DNA from: Ramazzottius varieornatus
Lineage: Eukaryota; Animalia; Tardigrada
Direction: 5' to 3'
Length of the DNA stretch: 64,000 nt
NCBI GenBank assembly: GCA_001949185.1
Contig: BDGG01000017.1
Coordinates: 713,370 to 777,369 of the forward strand
In this document: positions 26,358-39,247 of the stretch, in pieces
Position numbering within the stretch: the first letter of the stretch is position 1
Layout: every line of letters starts with the position of its first letter
The notes under the pieces: model-generated
What the model was told of the DNA's origin: nothing
Database searches by the model: none
Seen by the model: only the letters and a program-made list of their open reading frames with translations
Translations under genes and position numbers: made by a program

Positions 26358-27331
26358 CCTTCCCGATCTACCCCTTTCCACCTAGGACAACAACTTGATA
26401 CAGTCCACTCCTCGATTCCTACAACAGCTGAGCTCAGTACAACAGAGAAGCTGGGGACATCAGATAGTTCATTGATCAGCAGAAATGTCGCTCCATGCTC
26501 AGGCTCAGCTGCCAGCAGCAATAAGGGCTTACAAAGATAGATTACACCGCTGGTGTAATTGGCTCCACCCACACCATCACGATTGGCCTATTCATTCCCC
26601 CAGACATTACACTTTCGGTGTAAGTACGAGTCACTCCGGAACGACTCGTAATTACACCAGACTTAACCCGCATCCCGAGTGCGCTGTGCTCCCCTCCAAA
26701 CTTTCAAATGTCACTTCCATGACGAAGTTTCTCGCTACCCGTCCTACTGTTGAGTGTATGGTGGTTCCTCCGACATCAAAGATTTCATAATCCTTCGATC
26801 GTACTTAGCTGCAGTGCGGGGCTTTCAAAGCGAGCCGTTACACCGCTTTCCTAACTGGTCAAAAACATTTTGGGCGTATCCACCAAAGTAGCAGGTGTAT
26901 TTACACCACCAAGCCAGCTTAGTCTTTGTAAGCCCTTAATGCCTCTTAAGGAAAGTTAAAGATAAGAAGGATGACGTCATCTTTGCTGACCGTCCCACCT
27001 CATGACCCCACTCCGCGCCACGGCGCCACCATACAACTTTTGCTGTCCTCAACTTACTCTTGTTTTCCCAATCCGAACTCGGCGAGCGTCTTCTGATTTA
27101 CGCAAGTGTTCTTCTAGCCTCTCCCTTTTGTATATCGACTTCTTCCTGGCAAAGCAACAATTTCATTTGCTACTGGTACACTTCGCCGGGACTGTTTCCG
27201 AGGCACAGCATCGAAGAATCAGCAGTAAATTCAGTGAAGGGACAAAAGCAGCTCCCAGCCAAATTATCAGAGGCAAATAACACTAAAACAAATTAGATCT
27301 ATCAGGATGTGAATAAAATGAATTGAGAAAC

Positions 27332-29398
27332 TTATCGAGAGGAGGTCTCATTGACAGTAATTCGATCGTAAAATAAAATTGAGCACAATGCAGCTGGCCA
27401 CCTAACACAGTCAGCTTTCTCAATGCGAACGACCAGTAAGTTACTTGAATTTCCCGATCTGCTCCCACCAAAGGGAGAGAGTCTGCTGGGCTTTCTTGTA
27501 TACTGTAAGCCTGCTTTGGCCGCTTCGTCCACGGTCAGTTTGGTGTTGAAAGCTACTTGTAACATGTCGTCGGTCCACAGCAAGTAGGCAACCGCCAAAG
27601 AGACTGCCCACTGCCCGCTTTCTTTGTTGAGTATGTTGGCGGTACTGGTCCGCTGCAGCTGACGGATGCACTTGTTGTACTCGCGCTTGCCCAAGACCAC
27701 GTTGGTGTAGTCCATCAGCAACCGAGCAGGGCCCCCTAATCGTCCATAAAACTGGATGACACGGTAGACCTCCTCTGTGATGAAGCCGTCAGCTCGCACC
27801 TTCTCCAACCTCTGCCAAAACTCCGGGACAGTCAACCCGCCCAGACGCCTCTTCTGTGAAGCCAAAGAGGAAGGAGCTCTGCTTGCTTGAGAAAGGGGAC
27901 CTTTGTCGACGGTCACATTGGCTCGTGAAACGTCCTTCTTGCTCCAGGCCATGATGACCGGCCGCCTTATACATTGTTCGTTTGACTTGTCGGCTCAGCT
28001 TCAGCCGGGAGCCCGAGATGATTGCTAGCATTTCTTCGTTCCACACCAAGTACGAAACTGCCCCGCTGATTGTTCAGCTGACCTTGCCGCCTCGGGCCCT
28101 AGCTGCATTCAGCTGCTGAACCAGCTTCTTGTACAATTTCTGCTTCTCCATCAAGCCGTTCATATAGGCTGCGATGTTCTTGGTGTTTATGTAGCAAATG
28201 ACCTCATAGACTTCTTCCCGGGTGAACTTGCTGGTACGAGCTGCATGCACCCCCTGCCAAAATTCATGATCGGTCTTCTTCTTCATCACTGCGGCGCTAG
28301 CAACCCGGCGCTCTTTGACTGCAACAGACAACGTCGCTACTGAGAAACGAACATGATGACTGTGTAAAGCTTTACTGGATGTAAGTACCTTGTGAAGCGA
28401 AAGGCACTGCCCAGCCACATGCCGGCTTCGCATGCGGTCGCCCGTTGAATGCCTCCACTGCAGCTCTATCCCAGCACGCTGTGTCGCTTGTTGACGAATT
28501 GACCGAAGTCGGACTGGCGTTCTGCTCAACAGCATGTTCTTCTTTGACAGCCAACGTCAGCCCACCATCGTCGACTGCCTGTCGTTATCGCTTCCTTCCC
28601 GAATCATCGGTAATACTGGCTTCTCGCCGAATACGCTTCACCTCCTTCACCGTAGGAGCTTCCTGCTCACGGACAGTGCTGACTTCCGGGGCGGACTCCT
28701 GTACAAACCACAATGAAAGTCAGACAGATGACACAGCATTGAGATCATTTTGTAAACTTCTTTTAGCCTTCCTCAGTGACAAGATAGGGAGAACTACAAA
28801 GTGAACTGACACCAGCGTCTTCCTTCTTGGAGTGGTCGTCCTACCTAAGAAGGTGCCAGGGAGAAATAGCCATCTTCCTTCAAGACTTTAGCCCAGAATT
28901 TCAGTGCTTCCATTCCGCAGTCAAACTTCACCTTCCACGACATGGCCACCTCGTCATCCTCTGCCGATTCCAGTATACTAAAAAGAGGACTTTTGTGATA
29001 AAGGTTCTGTTTCACCTGGGGGGTACATATGCAGTTGCCTACCCAAGCGCAGCCTGGAAGAAGGACCACAGATCGTCCAAAGTTGCTCCTTTGGGTTGGA
29101 AGGACGAGATTGCCTCCAGTGATTGCATGATGGCACGTTCCACCTGCTTGCTGCTGGTAACGTGGACCTCCCTTTTGACGATCTTCTTCCAGCCGGCATG
29201 GGAAAAGTTGACGTAGGAGACGTCGGCAAATTTAACATCCAGCCATTTCCGCCCGTCCTCCTTGATGACTTTCATGCATCCCTTCAGCGTCGGCTTCTCC
29301 TTCTTCTGCTCTATCACTGAGACAGCATACTTCATCACCTTATCTAGAGCCTTCCCCAAGGCATCCTTCTCCTGCGGTTGCGCCGGAGGGGAATTCAT
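27332..29398 (-). pseudogene. Unrecognised multi-exon gene, apparently decayed, with an internally repeated helical motif
   Basis: Chain of minus-strand ORFs with splice-like junctions and at least one in-frame stop (~28585). Motif EFWQ-x5-R-x3-F-x2-EEVY-x-VI occurs twice. Confidence 0.45.
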
Positions 29399-30241
29399 GA
29401 TACCCTGTCAGACACGCGAAGAAGCAAAAGAGTTAGAAAAGTGAAAGATGAAATCCAGATTTCTGGAAAATGCAAAATGGGTGAAACATTGGCTTGAGAC
29501 AGCAATTGGTACGCCAAAGCATTGGTAAACACGTTGATGGTGTGGGCCGTTGGTTCTGACAAACCGAGCGGTAACGCCGGTTAGGGGTTGTTTACCTGCG
29601 GAACAGTGGGAACACTGGACACTGGTTGCGCCGATTCTACAATGTCACTATTCAAGCCTGATATCGTTCATACTTTTGCAGTTGATTGGCAGGGGGCCAC
29701 AGGGCGTCCAGCACGGTAAATGTTTGATGTCCTGTTCCTGGTCTGTCAAACCAATCAAGCATCGCAACCAGCAAGTGTTGTGTCCACTGAATGTGAAACA
29801 ACTTCCAGTTGAATGGCAATTTGCCAGTGTACAAACATGTCCGCCATTCTGGGTCCGCGATCGGCTGTAACAAGCTCATACTCTCGGTAGTAGTCGCAAT
29901 TGAAAACTTCCTCTCAGTTGAACGAACGGATGACATTTAGTTAAGTCGGTAAATTCTATTTGCTGGGGACAAGAGTTCTCCTTTCTGAACTTGTCGTCAG
30001 TTGCCTTCCTGGGACTTCTTACGATCATTCTCTGGTTAGCAGCGGCTGAACTTTCTTACTTTATAGGTTCGCAATCCAGGTTTCATTTACAATTCGAAAT
30101 AGTTGGTGAAACAACTCCATGAGAGGCCCATCTCGCACATATCGATTGCTACAAAATTTCTGGATGTATGGAAATCGCTAGACAAACCGATACTACCAGC
30201 TGTTCGATACAGCCCCTGAAAAGAGATGGAATATTAACAGA

Positions 30242-32282
30242 TCAGGCTTGATCGGGATTGGTGACAGTGGCCAACATGCGCTTCATGTGGCGGACTTGCG
30301 ACTGCCACTGGCTCAGCCCGTCGCGCAGTTCGATCCATTTGGCCTTCGAGAAGGATGGTTCCACACAGGTGGTCACTCGGAACCGACGCTGTGCAGCGTC
30401 AATCTTCCCCGATATCAAGCGGGTCTTCAAAGCTGCAAAAACAAACAATCAGGCTCAAGCCCTCGACAGTATTGTGATAAAGCGGAGGAGGATATTTACC
30501 ATCAATAAGGAAGTCTTCCACTTCAGCCGGAGGCAACATCAGTTCTTTCTCAATTTCATCGTGAGTAATGACTTGGTGACCGCGACACATCTTCAGGAAC
30601 GTCAGCAGGCGGATCTTTCGAAGGTTGGCCTCGTGCAGCAGATCTGGAAGAACAGGTATCAAAGAACATTATCGTCACATCTTTTCTTTCTCCACTTTGC
30701 ACTCCGTTGTGGCCAAGTTTCATCATCATCATCAATAGTAACTGTTAGTGACGATAGTGCAATCATACCTGTGCGATCCACCGCATCTCTGTGTTGGCTG
30801 TAAAACCTCATGTAGTCCGCGACGTTTCCGCTGACAAATATTTCCAGCAACTACAACACATTCCAAGTATTGAGAGATTGAGAGAAGAGAAGGCCAATTC
30901 GCATACTGCAGTTATATAAGGCCGATCACCTGCGGAAAGTACCTGATATAAAGCTTGCCCTCGAAGGTGCTGAACTGGCTTCAGATGCAAAAGATGGTCC
31001 AAGGAGACAGCATACGGATCAGCAATGGCATCGCGGACGCATCTACAATAAAGCAAGGTCAGATCGGCATTGGTCTCACTGGTCATACTGGATAATGGGT
31101 CATAAGCATACCGGACTGCTTCCTCTTTGGCTTCGTTAGCCGTCTCTAGACTGAACGTCTTCAGCAATTCCACCATGACTCTTGATGCCTTGGTGCTGCA
31201 AGACGAAGTCGTGGCATAACTGTATCATGTAATTATGTGAAGCCCTACTCGACTCCGGTAGGTTCACGTTCAGCTTACTTATCGCCCGACTTCATCAGCG
31301 AAGCGTGGAGAACTCTCCACAGAATGCGGATGTTACTGTTGTCCAGCTTCCACGCCTTGATCCATTCTCTCACCTGCAAAAGAGCATCATCAAGGCAGCT
31401 GCAATACTGGGCAACAGGCAACAGAAATATGTGACTGTGTCCCCTGAACGACCCACTATCCTTTCTTACCTTGCTGGGATCGGTCGGAACACGGTGCAAG
31501 TAGGAGGAAGCTGTGGCCAGTTCCACCAAGCGACAATACGGAGTGAAGCGCACCGCAGAGTCCTCATTCATTCCGTAAAATAGAGTTGACAGTCTGCAAA
31601 AGATTTCCAAGCTTACCCCAAAAACTACGGGCCCGAACCTGGCTTATCGAGGTTAGGTACGGGCAAATATTTGATGAGCAGGGACGAGCGTACACTTTCA
31701 AGCGAGCACCGGCATATTTGAGGCCACCATCTGCCTCCGAAGTGTCGGCCAGCTTGTTAGCAAAGTTGTGAATCAGCTTCTCCCGTGTCTCTTCCGGCAA
31801 CTCGAAACACAACACACAGGTCAAGATTCCATTCAGCAATGACTCGCACTGCGACTCTGCAAATAAACAGAAAACAGAAATGAATAAGATTAACGAGTCA
31901 CAAGCAGAGAAGGATAACAGGGAGTCAGGGACAAGGCATTCTTATCAAGCTACATCCTCCACCACTTGGAAGATCGGTTTACACCTTGATAGGTACAATG
32001 ACGGAAGTGTCCAACTCACCTTGCGGGGCTTTGAGAGCCAGATGGGAGCTTTCAACTAGGCTGAAGATGGTCAGGATCATTTCCGACTGATCGTCCTCAT
32101 CGGGAACACCAATGTCGCCTTTCAGCTCATTCTTGAAGTATTCCGCAAGCTCGATCAACTGTGGCAACAGGATGGCCATATGTCAAAGCCCGTCTAACCA
32201 TCAAACGACCATCGAAGCCTAGACTAACCTGCTGGTTCAGCGACTTGGATGGGAAGACGGGGACGTTACTCTTCACCTTCAT
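30242..32282 (-). CDS. eIF3m: Eukaryotic translation initiation factor 3 subunit M (PCI domain)
   Basis: MVELLKTFSLETANEAKEEA, CVRDAIADP, DHLLHLKPVQHL, LEIFVSG, NLRKIRLLTF, VEDFLID, LISGKID. Multi-exon. Confidence 0.9.
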
Positions 32283-33282
32283 TGCGCCCTTCCTCTGACT
32301 TCACCTACAAGTACAAGCAAACTATCAGCAAAAACCGTAAGCCAAGATGGACCGTTATCAACAGAGAACAGTGCTACGGGAAGACAACAGGACGAGCTTC
32401 GTCCTCCGGTGAAACTTGATTATCAAAGCACTCTCTTACCTTGTCGGACAGATCGGATCCACACTCTAGACAGTAATCCACCACTTGCAGTCGCAGATGA
32501 TGCCAAATGCCGGAGGAATCCTTCACACTACTCCGCTTCACAGTTCAAGCCGCGCAAATATGTCGTACGAAAGAACACGACCGGAAATCCAAGTGGCGAT
32601 GGCAGAGTGGGGTTGCTTCCCAGACAAGACGAAAAAACGATGCGGGGGTTTGGGTGAGGGTTTTATGGCTCGATTGGCTGTCTAGACACTGCCTCTGCTG
32701 CTGCGTGCAAACTCATGATCACCTCCTGTTGCGCACCTGCTGCGCAGTGACTGTGCAGCGCCCGTGCGACTGAGCCATCTAAGTGACACAAATCGTAATC
32801 TCTACCCTGAGCGTATACTTATGTTTTTTCGTTTCCTGTAATTTTCTGGTTTTGGCAACTATGACACAAGTGACAAGTGGCAACGTAGCCAGCAGTTAAA
32901 CAGAATGACCAAGAAAAGCTCTATGGGAAGCAGCGAGAATTCTACCGTGTTATGTTCTGGAACGACTGGGTTCAGACAGGTGGATGTTAATCCTGGGCGC
33001 ATCAAACGGAGAAGCGGATTCCCTGAATGTGGATTGTGGAACGTTAATCGGGCTCTTTTCATCACCGGAAGTGAACTGCCACTGCGCTGATCTTTTGCTG
33101 AGAAATTTGTAGATCTTCACTAGAGCCCAAGGGATGATGTACAGGCTGCTTGTGGTGGATGAAAGATGATCTTTGGGTAACTTCTAGATGGGTGGAAAGA
33201 AGAGTTGCTTGTCGGTATTCGAGTATCGCCACTGAATGTAAATATACTTGTATTGGGCTAAAGTTTCTTGCTGTTCATTACA

Positions 33283-35035
33283 GAGAACAAAGACGCAAGT
33301 GGAGACATCGTAGACTCTATCCGGGAGGGGCTTCATCTGTCGATTGTTTGTCCAGAGACGGCGAAATCAAGGAAGCCACGAGTGCTTCGCCTGTCGACGC
33401 GTCAGAGACCGGAAGTGGTCTAACTGGACTTGCACTTGTCGTCAACGACCTGACACCTGCTGGATTGCGCAGCACTCCCTTGAGATCAAGTGTACAAGAG
33501 GGCCCTGTGAAGGTTAATGGTGGTTTGAAGTCGATGGATTCCTTTGGCAAGTATCAGCGAGATGTCAGCGATGCCTGGTCAACGGAAGAGCTGGCCGAGG
33601 AGGACAATGCAGGCTCCTCACGTCAAGATGACAACTATGGCAGCAGTAGCAGCCGCCTTCCTGGTGCCACTTCCAATGGGCGAGTCAGCGGACAGAATCG
33701 TCACTATTCGGAGCATCTTCGGGCCAAAGGTCTGCAGAGGCTAGCCATGCAGTCTTCCGGCAGGGCAAGTCTGCCTGCTCACTCTGCTATCGCTTCACGG
33801 CCGGGCTTAGCCGTCAGGTACTAGGCATAACTTCCCTGTCTTTGATTTTATGGCCATCTGAATCGTTATGCCTGGTGTCTTAGATCAAGCTCGGTCAACG
33901 CCAACGATGGTCTGGATGAGCGGCCGCCTAGCTCCAGTTCCCTGCAGAGCTTACTGCCACGTCACAGTCAGAAGAGCGACAAATTCGACAAGGTCCTCTC
34001 CATGCCTTCGTTGGATATGGAGGAGCTGCGGCGCCTCAGTTGGTCCGGCATACCCAGCCAGCTGCGGGCCAATGTTTGGCGTCTCCTCTGTGGACATGCT
34101 CCGCCGGTCAGCAGCAAGCAGAAGCTGGAGGACACGCTCCATCGCAAGCGCGAAGAGTACCAGAGCCTGGTCCATGATTACTATCCCAAGCGCCACGATG
34201 ACCAGTACAAGGATACCTTCCGGCAGATCCACATTGACGTCCCTCGCATGTGTCCACTCATTCCCCTCTTCCAGCAGATTGTTGTGCAGGTGCGCTAAAG
34301 CACAGCTTTGGCCATTTTTATCTGTCTCGTAATCCTTTTCCTTTGGTCGTACAGGAGCTCTTTGAGCGAGTTCTCTTCATATGGGCGCTGCGCAACCCAG
34401 CCAGCGGATATGTCCAAGGTATCAACGATCTGGTCACGCCTTACTTCATGGTCTTTCTGCGACAGTCGCTGGCCTTGTCCCCCGAGGAAGATATGGACAA
34501 TCTGCAGCTGGACCAAGTCTGTTCTTCGGCACAACTGCAGGCCAAGCTTCCGGCCGTCGAAGCCGACAGCTTTTGGTGCCTGTCCAAGCTGCTGTCCAGC
34601 ATCCAGAGCAACTACACCTTCGCACAACCCGGCATTCAACAGCGGGTCGTCCAGCTGAAGGACCTCGTCCAGCGCGTTGATGCACCCTTGCATCGGCACT
34701 TGGAAAAGTGTACGGTTGAGTATCTGCAGTTTTCTTTTCGCTGGATGAATAACCTGTTAATTCGAGAGTTACCTCTGAAATGTATCATTCGCTTGTGGGA
34801 CTCGTACCACAGTGAGATGGAAGGCTTTGCCCACTTTCATGTCTATGTCTGTGCTAGCTTCCTCTTGTGGTGGTCGGAAGATCTGCGGAACCAGCCCGAC
34901 TTTCAGCATTGCCTCCTACTACTACAGAACCTTCCCACGCAAAACTGGGGCGAAGATGAGGTGGAGCGCTTGTTGGCAAAAGCCTATATGCTCAAATACT
35001 CTTTTGCTGATGCGCCAAGACACCTCAGAGCATAG
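33283..35035 (+). CDS. TBC1D22: TBC1 domain family member 22 (Gyp1-like RabGAP); true start uncertain
   Basis: LRRLSWSGIP, QIHIDVPR, ASGYVQGINDLVTPY, EADSFWCLSKLL, YTFAQPGIQ, YLQFSFRWMNNLLIRE. Confidence 0.92.
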
Positions 35036-35694
35036 TAACCTCCTTCTTCCGCTGCCTCTTGTTTTTTCCTGATCGGTGTCATTTCGAAAATTCCGTATTC
35101 TCCCGTCCAGTGCGTTTTAATTTATCGTCGGATTGGATTGTAGTTAGTTGATACCGCAATTTTGTTTGTTCCGTCATTCTGTACTATCTATATTTACACC
35201 GTGGACTTGCACGTTACGTGCGTTATTTATTGGAAAGTAATATCTGCGCCTTGTCGATATAGGTAACAAGAATACATTCGGCGTGAAATTTGCGCTGTGG
35301 CTTGTGGCAAGTAGGGAACTGCAACTCAGTTTCTCACCTGCTTGGCGGTGCGCCGTTCGCGAGCAGCGAGCTTGCGGTCATCAGAAGCTTCGTGCAAGCG
35401 TCCTCAGTAGTTTGCAGAATTATGTGGTACTGTCCAGCACTATCGCCGGCCTTGCCCACGAAGTAGCGAATGCAGAATATTACATTGAAACCTGACACAA
35501 AATTTCGTCTGATGCCTGTTCTATTCCGGCAACGGTTCTCGGTGAGAAACTCCTGGTTCTTAAGGATGTAGTCGGCCACAAACATCATTCAGTTGCTGGT
35601 CCGCTCCTCTTGAATGTGAGGTTCATTGATATCGTAATGTTTATCGACAAACATGTTGTGCCAGATAGTAGGAGACTGGAAGTTGACACAGAAC

Positions 35695-38471
35695 CTACAG
35701 CTCGATAATCGTTTGGGGCTTTTCGTTCAAGACTAAATAGCGCAGAACATGATTGAAAAAGTCAGGATAATAATCGCAGGCACGTTTGCAGTCGGGCGAG
35801 TAGTTGATCTCTAGCAAGACTGGCTGAACGGCCGGACGGTCACCTGAAAGAAGAAGAAAGAAGGACACTAAATCAGCGGCAATTGTATACAAGCTTAACG
35901 GTCAAAACCCACCGGAAGTGTTCCATTTGAGCATAAAGTCTAGACCGTAGATGGCTCTGGACTGTGGCGAAGGAGCCAGACCAGCAGGGGGCGCTTGGCT
36001 AGTGGCAGCTTCAAAGACCTGCCGCACAATGCGGTACACCTCCTTCTCCACTTCCGCCCACGACTGCGCGCTGTTCTGCTCCTCAAAGTGTCGGACGAAA
36101 TCATGGCAAAACATCTGATGGATGGGGCCTTGGCCGTAGTTCATGACGGTAAAGTGCTTGTCGTAAATGTCATAGTCGGACAAAGCAAAGGGTTGATTGG
36201 CAAAGCGCAGCCAAAAGTGCTGGTACATGGCCAGACGTAAGGGCGCTACACTGTGCAGCAGGACGATGAAGCGGAGGTCGAACTTGACCGGACCGCCGGG
36301 CACATCGGCTCGATGGAACAAAATGGGATTTTCGATGTATTTGCAGCACAACTTGGGCCCCGTTTCCGGCAAGCGAACAATGGCCGAAAGGTTGTCGGTG
36401 ATGATCATGTCCAATGAACGAGCCTGTTCCATTAGTCAAGGTGTTAGTGCCATCTAAGGGAAAAAGCACAGCATAATGTCCCCCTGAGGGCAACTTTACC
36501 AGATTCCAGGGCTTGCAGATCCACAGGTTGTTCATGCCGCGCTTCTGTCGTTCAAGGAAGTAGGCGACGAAGTTGACAAGGTCGCTTTCCAGGTTGTAAG
36601 TGGCGGCGAGCCACGGCGGAGAGCTGTTCAGTGTCTGAGGATCGATCAGAGGCTGGCCATCGGCCACTGTTCGGCGACATATGATGGCCAAAAGGTCCTT
36701 GACTGTCACCACACTTTCGTATGGGAACTGGTTGATCAGCTTGTCCGGAAACTCTTCGACCAGCCCTCTGAAAGCAGAGAATAATATCTGTACCATCTCA
36801 CGGCTAATTATCCTCACGAACTGACAAATGATTAAGCTCTCACCTATAATCGTTGAAATGCCTGCCAAAAGGTAAGACGTCGTTACTACACTGTTCACAC
36901 CATACTGCTGAATTTGTATGGTCAATGTACGGTCGTGGACCAGGCTAACTCTTAGGTGCAGTACTGGGCTTACCGACTATACCACAGGATATCAGCATCG
37001 GCGGGAGAGTCCACTATCTGAAAGCGCTCATCGGTCAGGAATGTGGTCAAGACTTCGTACTCGGAGAAGACCTTTGCTGGACTGGAAAGCTTCGGCCTAC
37101 ACATAAGGACCCCTCCCAATCTTTAGCAGAACAGCATCGGGCAAAGAGTATAGCTAAAAGCAACGGTCTTACGATTCTATTCGGGTCGAGGAGGCTTTTG
37201 CGTTGTTGGGCGCTGGTAAAGAGTCCGCTAACGCACTGTTCTAGAATAGAAGGTAATATCAATCATGTAGCGCGAGTGTGTGAGACAAATCGCCAAGCCT
37301 ACTCGGAAGTAGTCGAGAGGAACTGCTCGCGGATCGTAACTGGTGTCTGCCGGAAGTTGCACCTCTCGCCAAGGTAAGAGACGACACTGACGGTAGGCTT
37401 CGTCTTGACCAGCCGAAGCCAGGCCTTCGATGAAATTCCTGGTTAGCTCTTGCCCATCCTCGATGTCGCACAGCGGAAACAGCAAGCTATAGGTGATTTG
37501 CCCTTGGACGTAGTAGAAGGGTATTAGGCGACAATTGGATTCGTCGGCGTGGGCGATCCGACTGCCGATTTCATCGTGCATGTACCATCGAGGTAGCTTG
37601 TCCTCCGCACTCTATTGCATAAGCGTCAGCTAAAAAGACATTACTAGTATGTCGACCGCCAGAAGGGCGGCCAACAGTCTACAACCTTACCAGGAGGGAG
37701 CTACTGAAGCTGTAGGTGTTGACAAATTTCCACATATTTTGCAAGACGGCTTCAATCAGACGCTCCCGTATCTCTTCCTTCCCGGACGCGGTGGAAGGTT
37801 CTTCCGACAGTGGTGAACGGTCGATGTCCATGATGTCGCACATTCGCTCCAGCAGAGCCGGATAAGAACGTAACATTGGCCGCGCCGAGATGATATCGAA
37901 GGTCCACGCATGGTCCACCAGGAATATACTGCCCAAAGATCATAATGGAATTCTCGCTGGTTAACCTAGATCTCTAACTTCACAGAAGCCCAAAGTGTCA
38001 CAAAAGATAAGTTGACAGATTTACCTGTCTGGCTCCGTCATCGAGATGCCGGCTGGGCCACAAAGTACTATGGGAAACGGCAAGTCTTCTTCTCCTTCCC
38101 GAACTGCTATATCACCATCGACCGTCGTATCCTCTGATGCCTCCAACAACACCCGGTTGACCGTCACTCGAGACCCCAGATCCCATACCTGTAACAGAAA
38201 CCAGTCAAACCAACACCGCATGCAGCACGCTGACTAATGTACCCGGCCTAAATCAGCTGCCGGTCAGCGCTGCTCAGCTTCCTGAACAATACTGCAAGGA
38301 AAAACCATCAAGGAATCAAGATTGCTGTTGTGTACTTGCATCATTTTGTAGTTTGCGAGACAGAGCTGGCCAGTAAAGTTCCGGTACTCCCGACTTTCGT
38401 AGCTGAGCTTCGTGGTATAAGACGAACTGCTCATAAGTGCAGGATGCGTCGCCTCGCGCTTGATCCTCCAT
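35695..38471 (-). CDS. TTLL12: Tubulin-tyrosine ligase-like protein 12
   Basis: LRKSGVPELYW, IFLVDHAWTF, WYMHDEIGSRIAH, INQFPYE, WICKPWNL, KFDLRFIVLL, LLEINYSPDCKRACDYYP. Confidence 0.93.
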
Positions 38472-38642
38472 AGCCACTTCTTCTTTCGCTGGCTGCAGTT
38501 TTCGGCACTTCTGGTGTCGGTCAGGGCAAGATGTAGCAGGTCAGCCGGTCAATCCTAAAACTGCATTCGGTACTCTGCGGAAGGATAAGATCGACGAAGA
38601 AAGGATGCTCGGAACCAAGTTCCACCTTTCAAGAGTTCAATA

Positions 38643-38982
38643 CGAGGTAAACGACATAATTCGGGCATATCGATTTTCGCACCATAATTCGGGCAACGCG
38701 AAAGGTTTGAACATTACCTTCAACGCTTGATTCATCTCTCATCGTACGTGTGTTGATACAACATCAGGCTTTTTAACATTGGACAGACCCATCTCTATCC
38801 CAGGCCAAATTCCCGTAATCTACAACGCTTTCCCGTTCTCAAACCTATTGAAACTTCGAGGAGAGGGATCAGTCTACCTCAGGAAACTAGAAGCGGTTCA
38901 TTATGCGCAGCAGGAGCTGAGAAACAATATGCCCGGATTACGAGTGAAAAACCCCTATTCCCGAATTACGTCGTTTACCTCG
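38643..38982. mobile_element. 340-bp MITE, Tc1/mariner-pogo type
   Basis: TA TSD. TIR CGAGGTAAACGAC(A/G)TAATTCGGG. A subterminal TAAT(T/C)CGGGCA motif is repeated at both ends. Confidence 0.85.
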
Positions 38983-39247
38983 TATAGGTGTCTTCGGTTT
39001 TGCAGCCCGTCACGTCTGATTCAGATTGATCATACCCAAGGGACTCTGGACCGCAAACTCATCAGAAGAAGCTCGAGCTCCAGACAGCACGATTCTTTAC
39101 TCAGGATGATTCCCTGATTTGTTTTGACGAATTTTTCCAAGGTTTTGATGAGTCATGAGTCGTGATTTCGGATTTGATCAATCAATTCTGTACTAATCAT
39201 TCGAAGATGTTGGCAAATTTATCAATACGGGGTTGATAACCCTGTTG

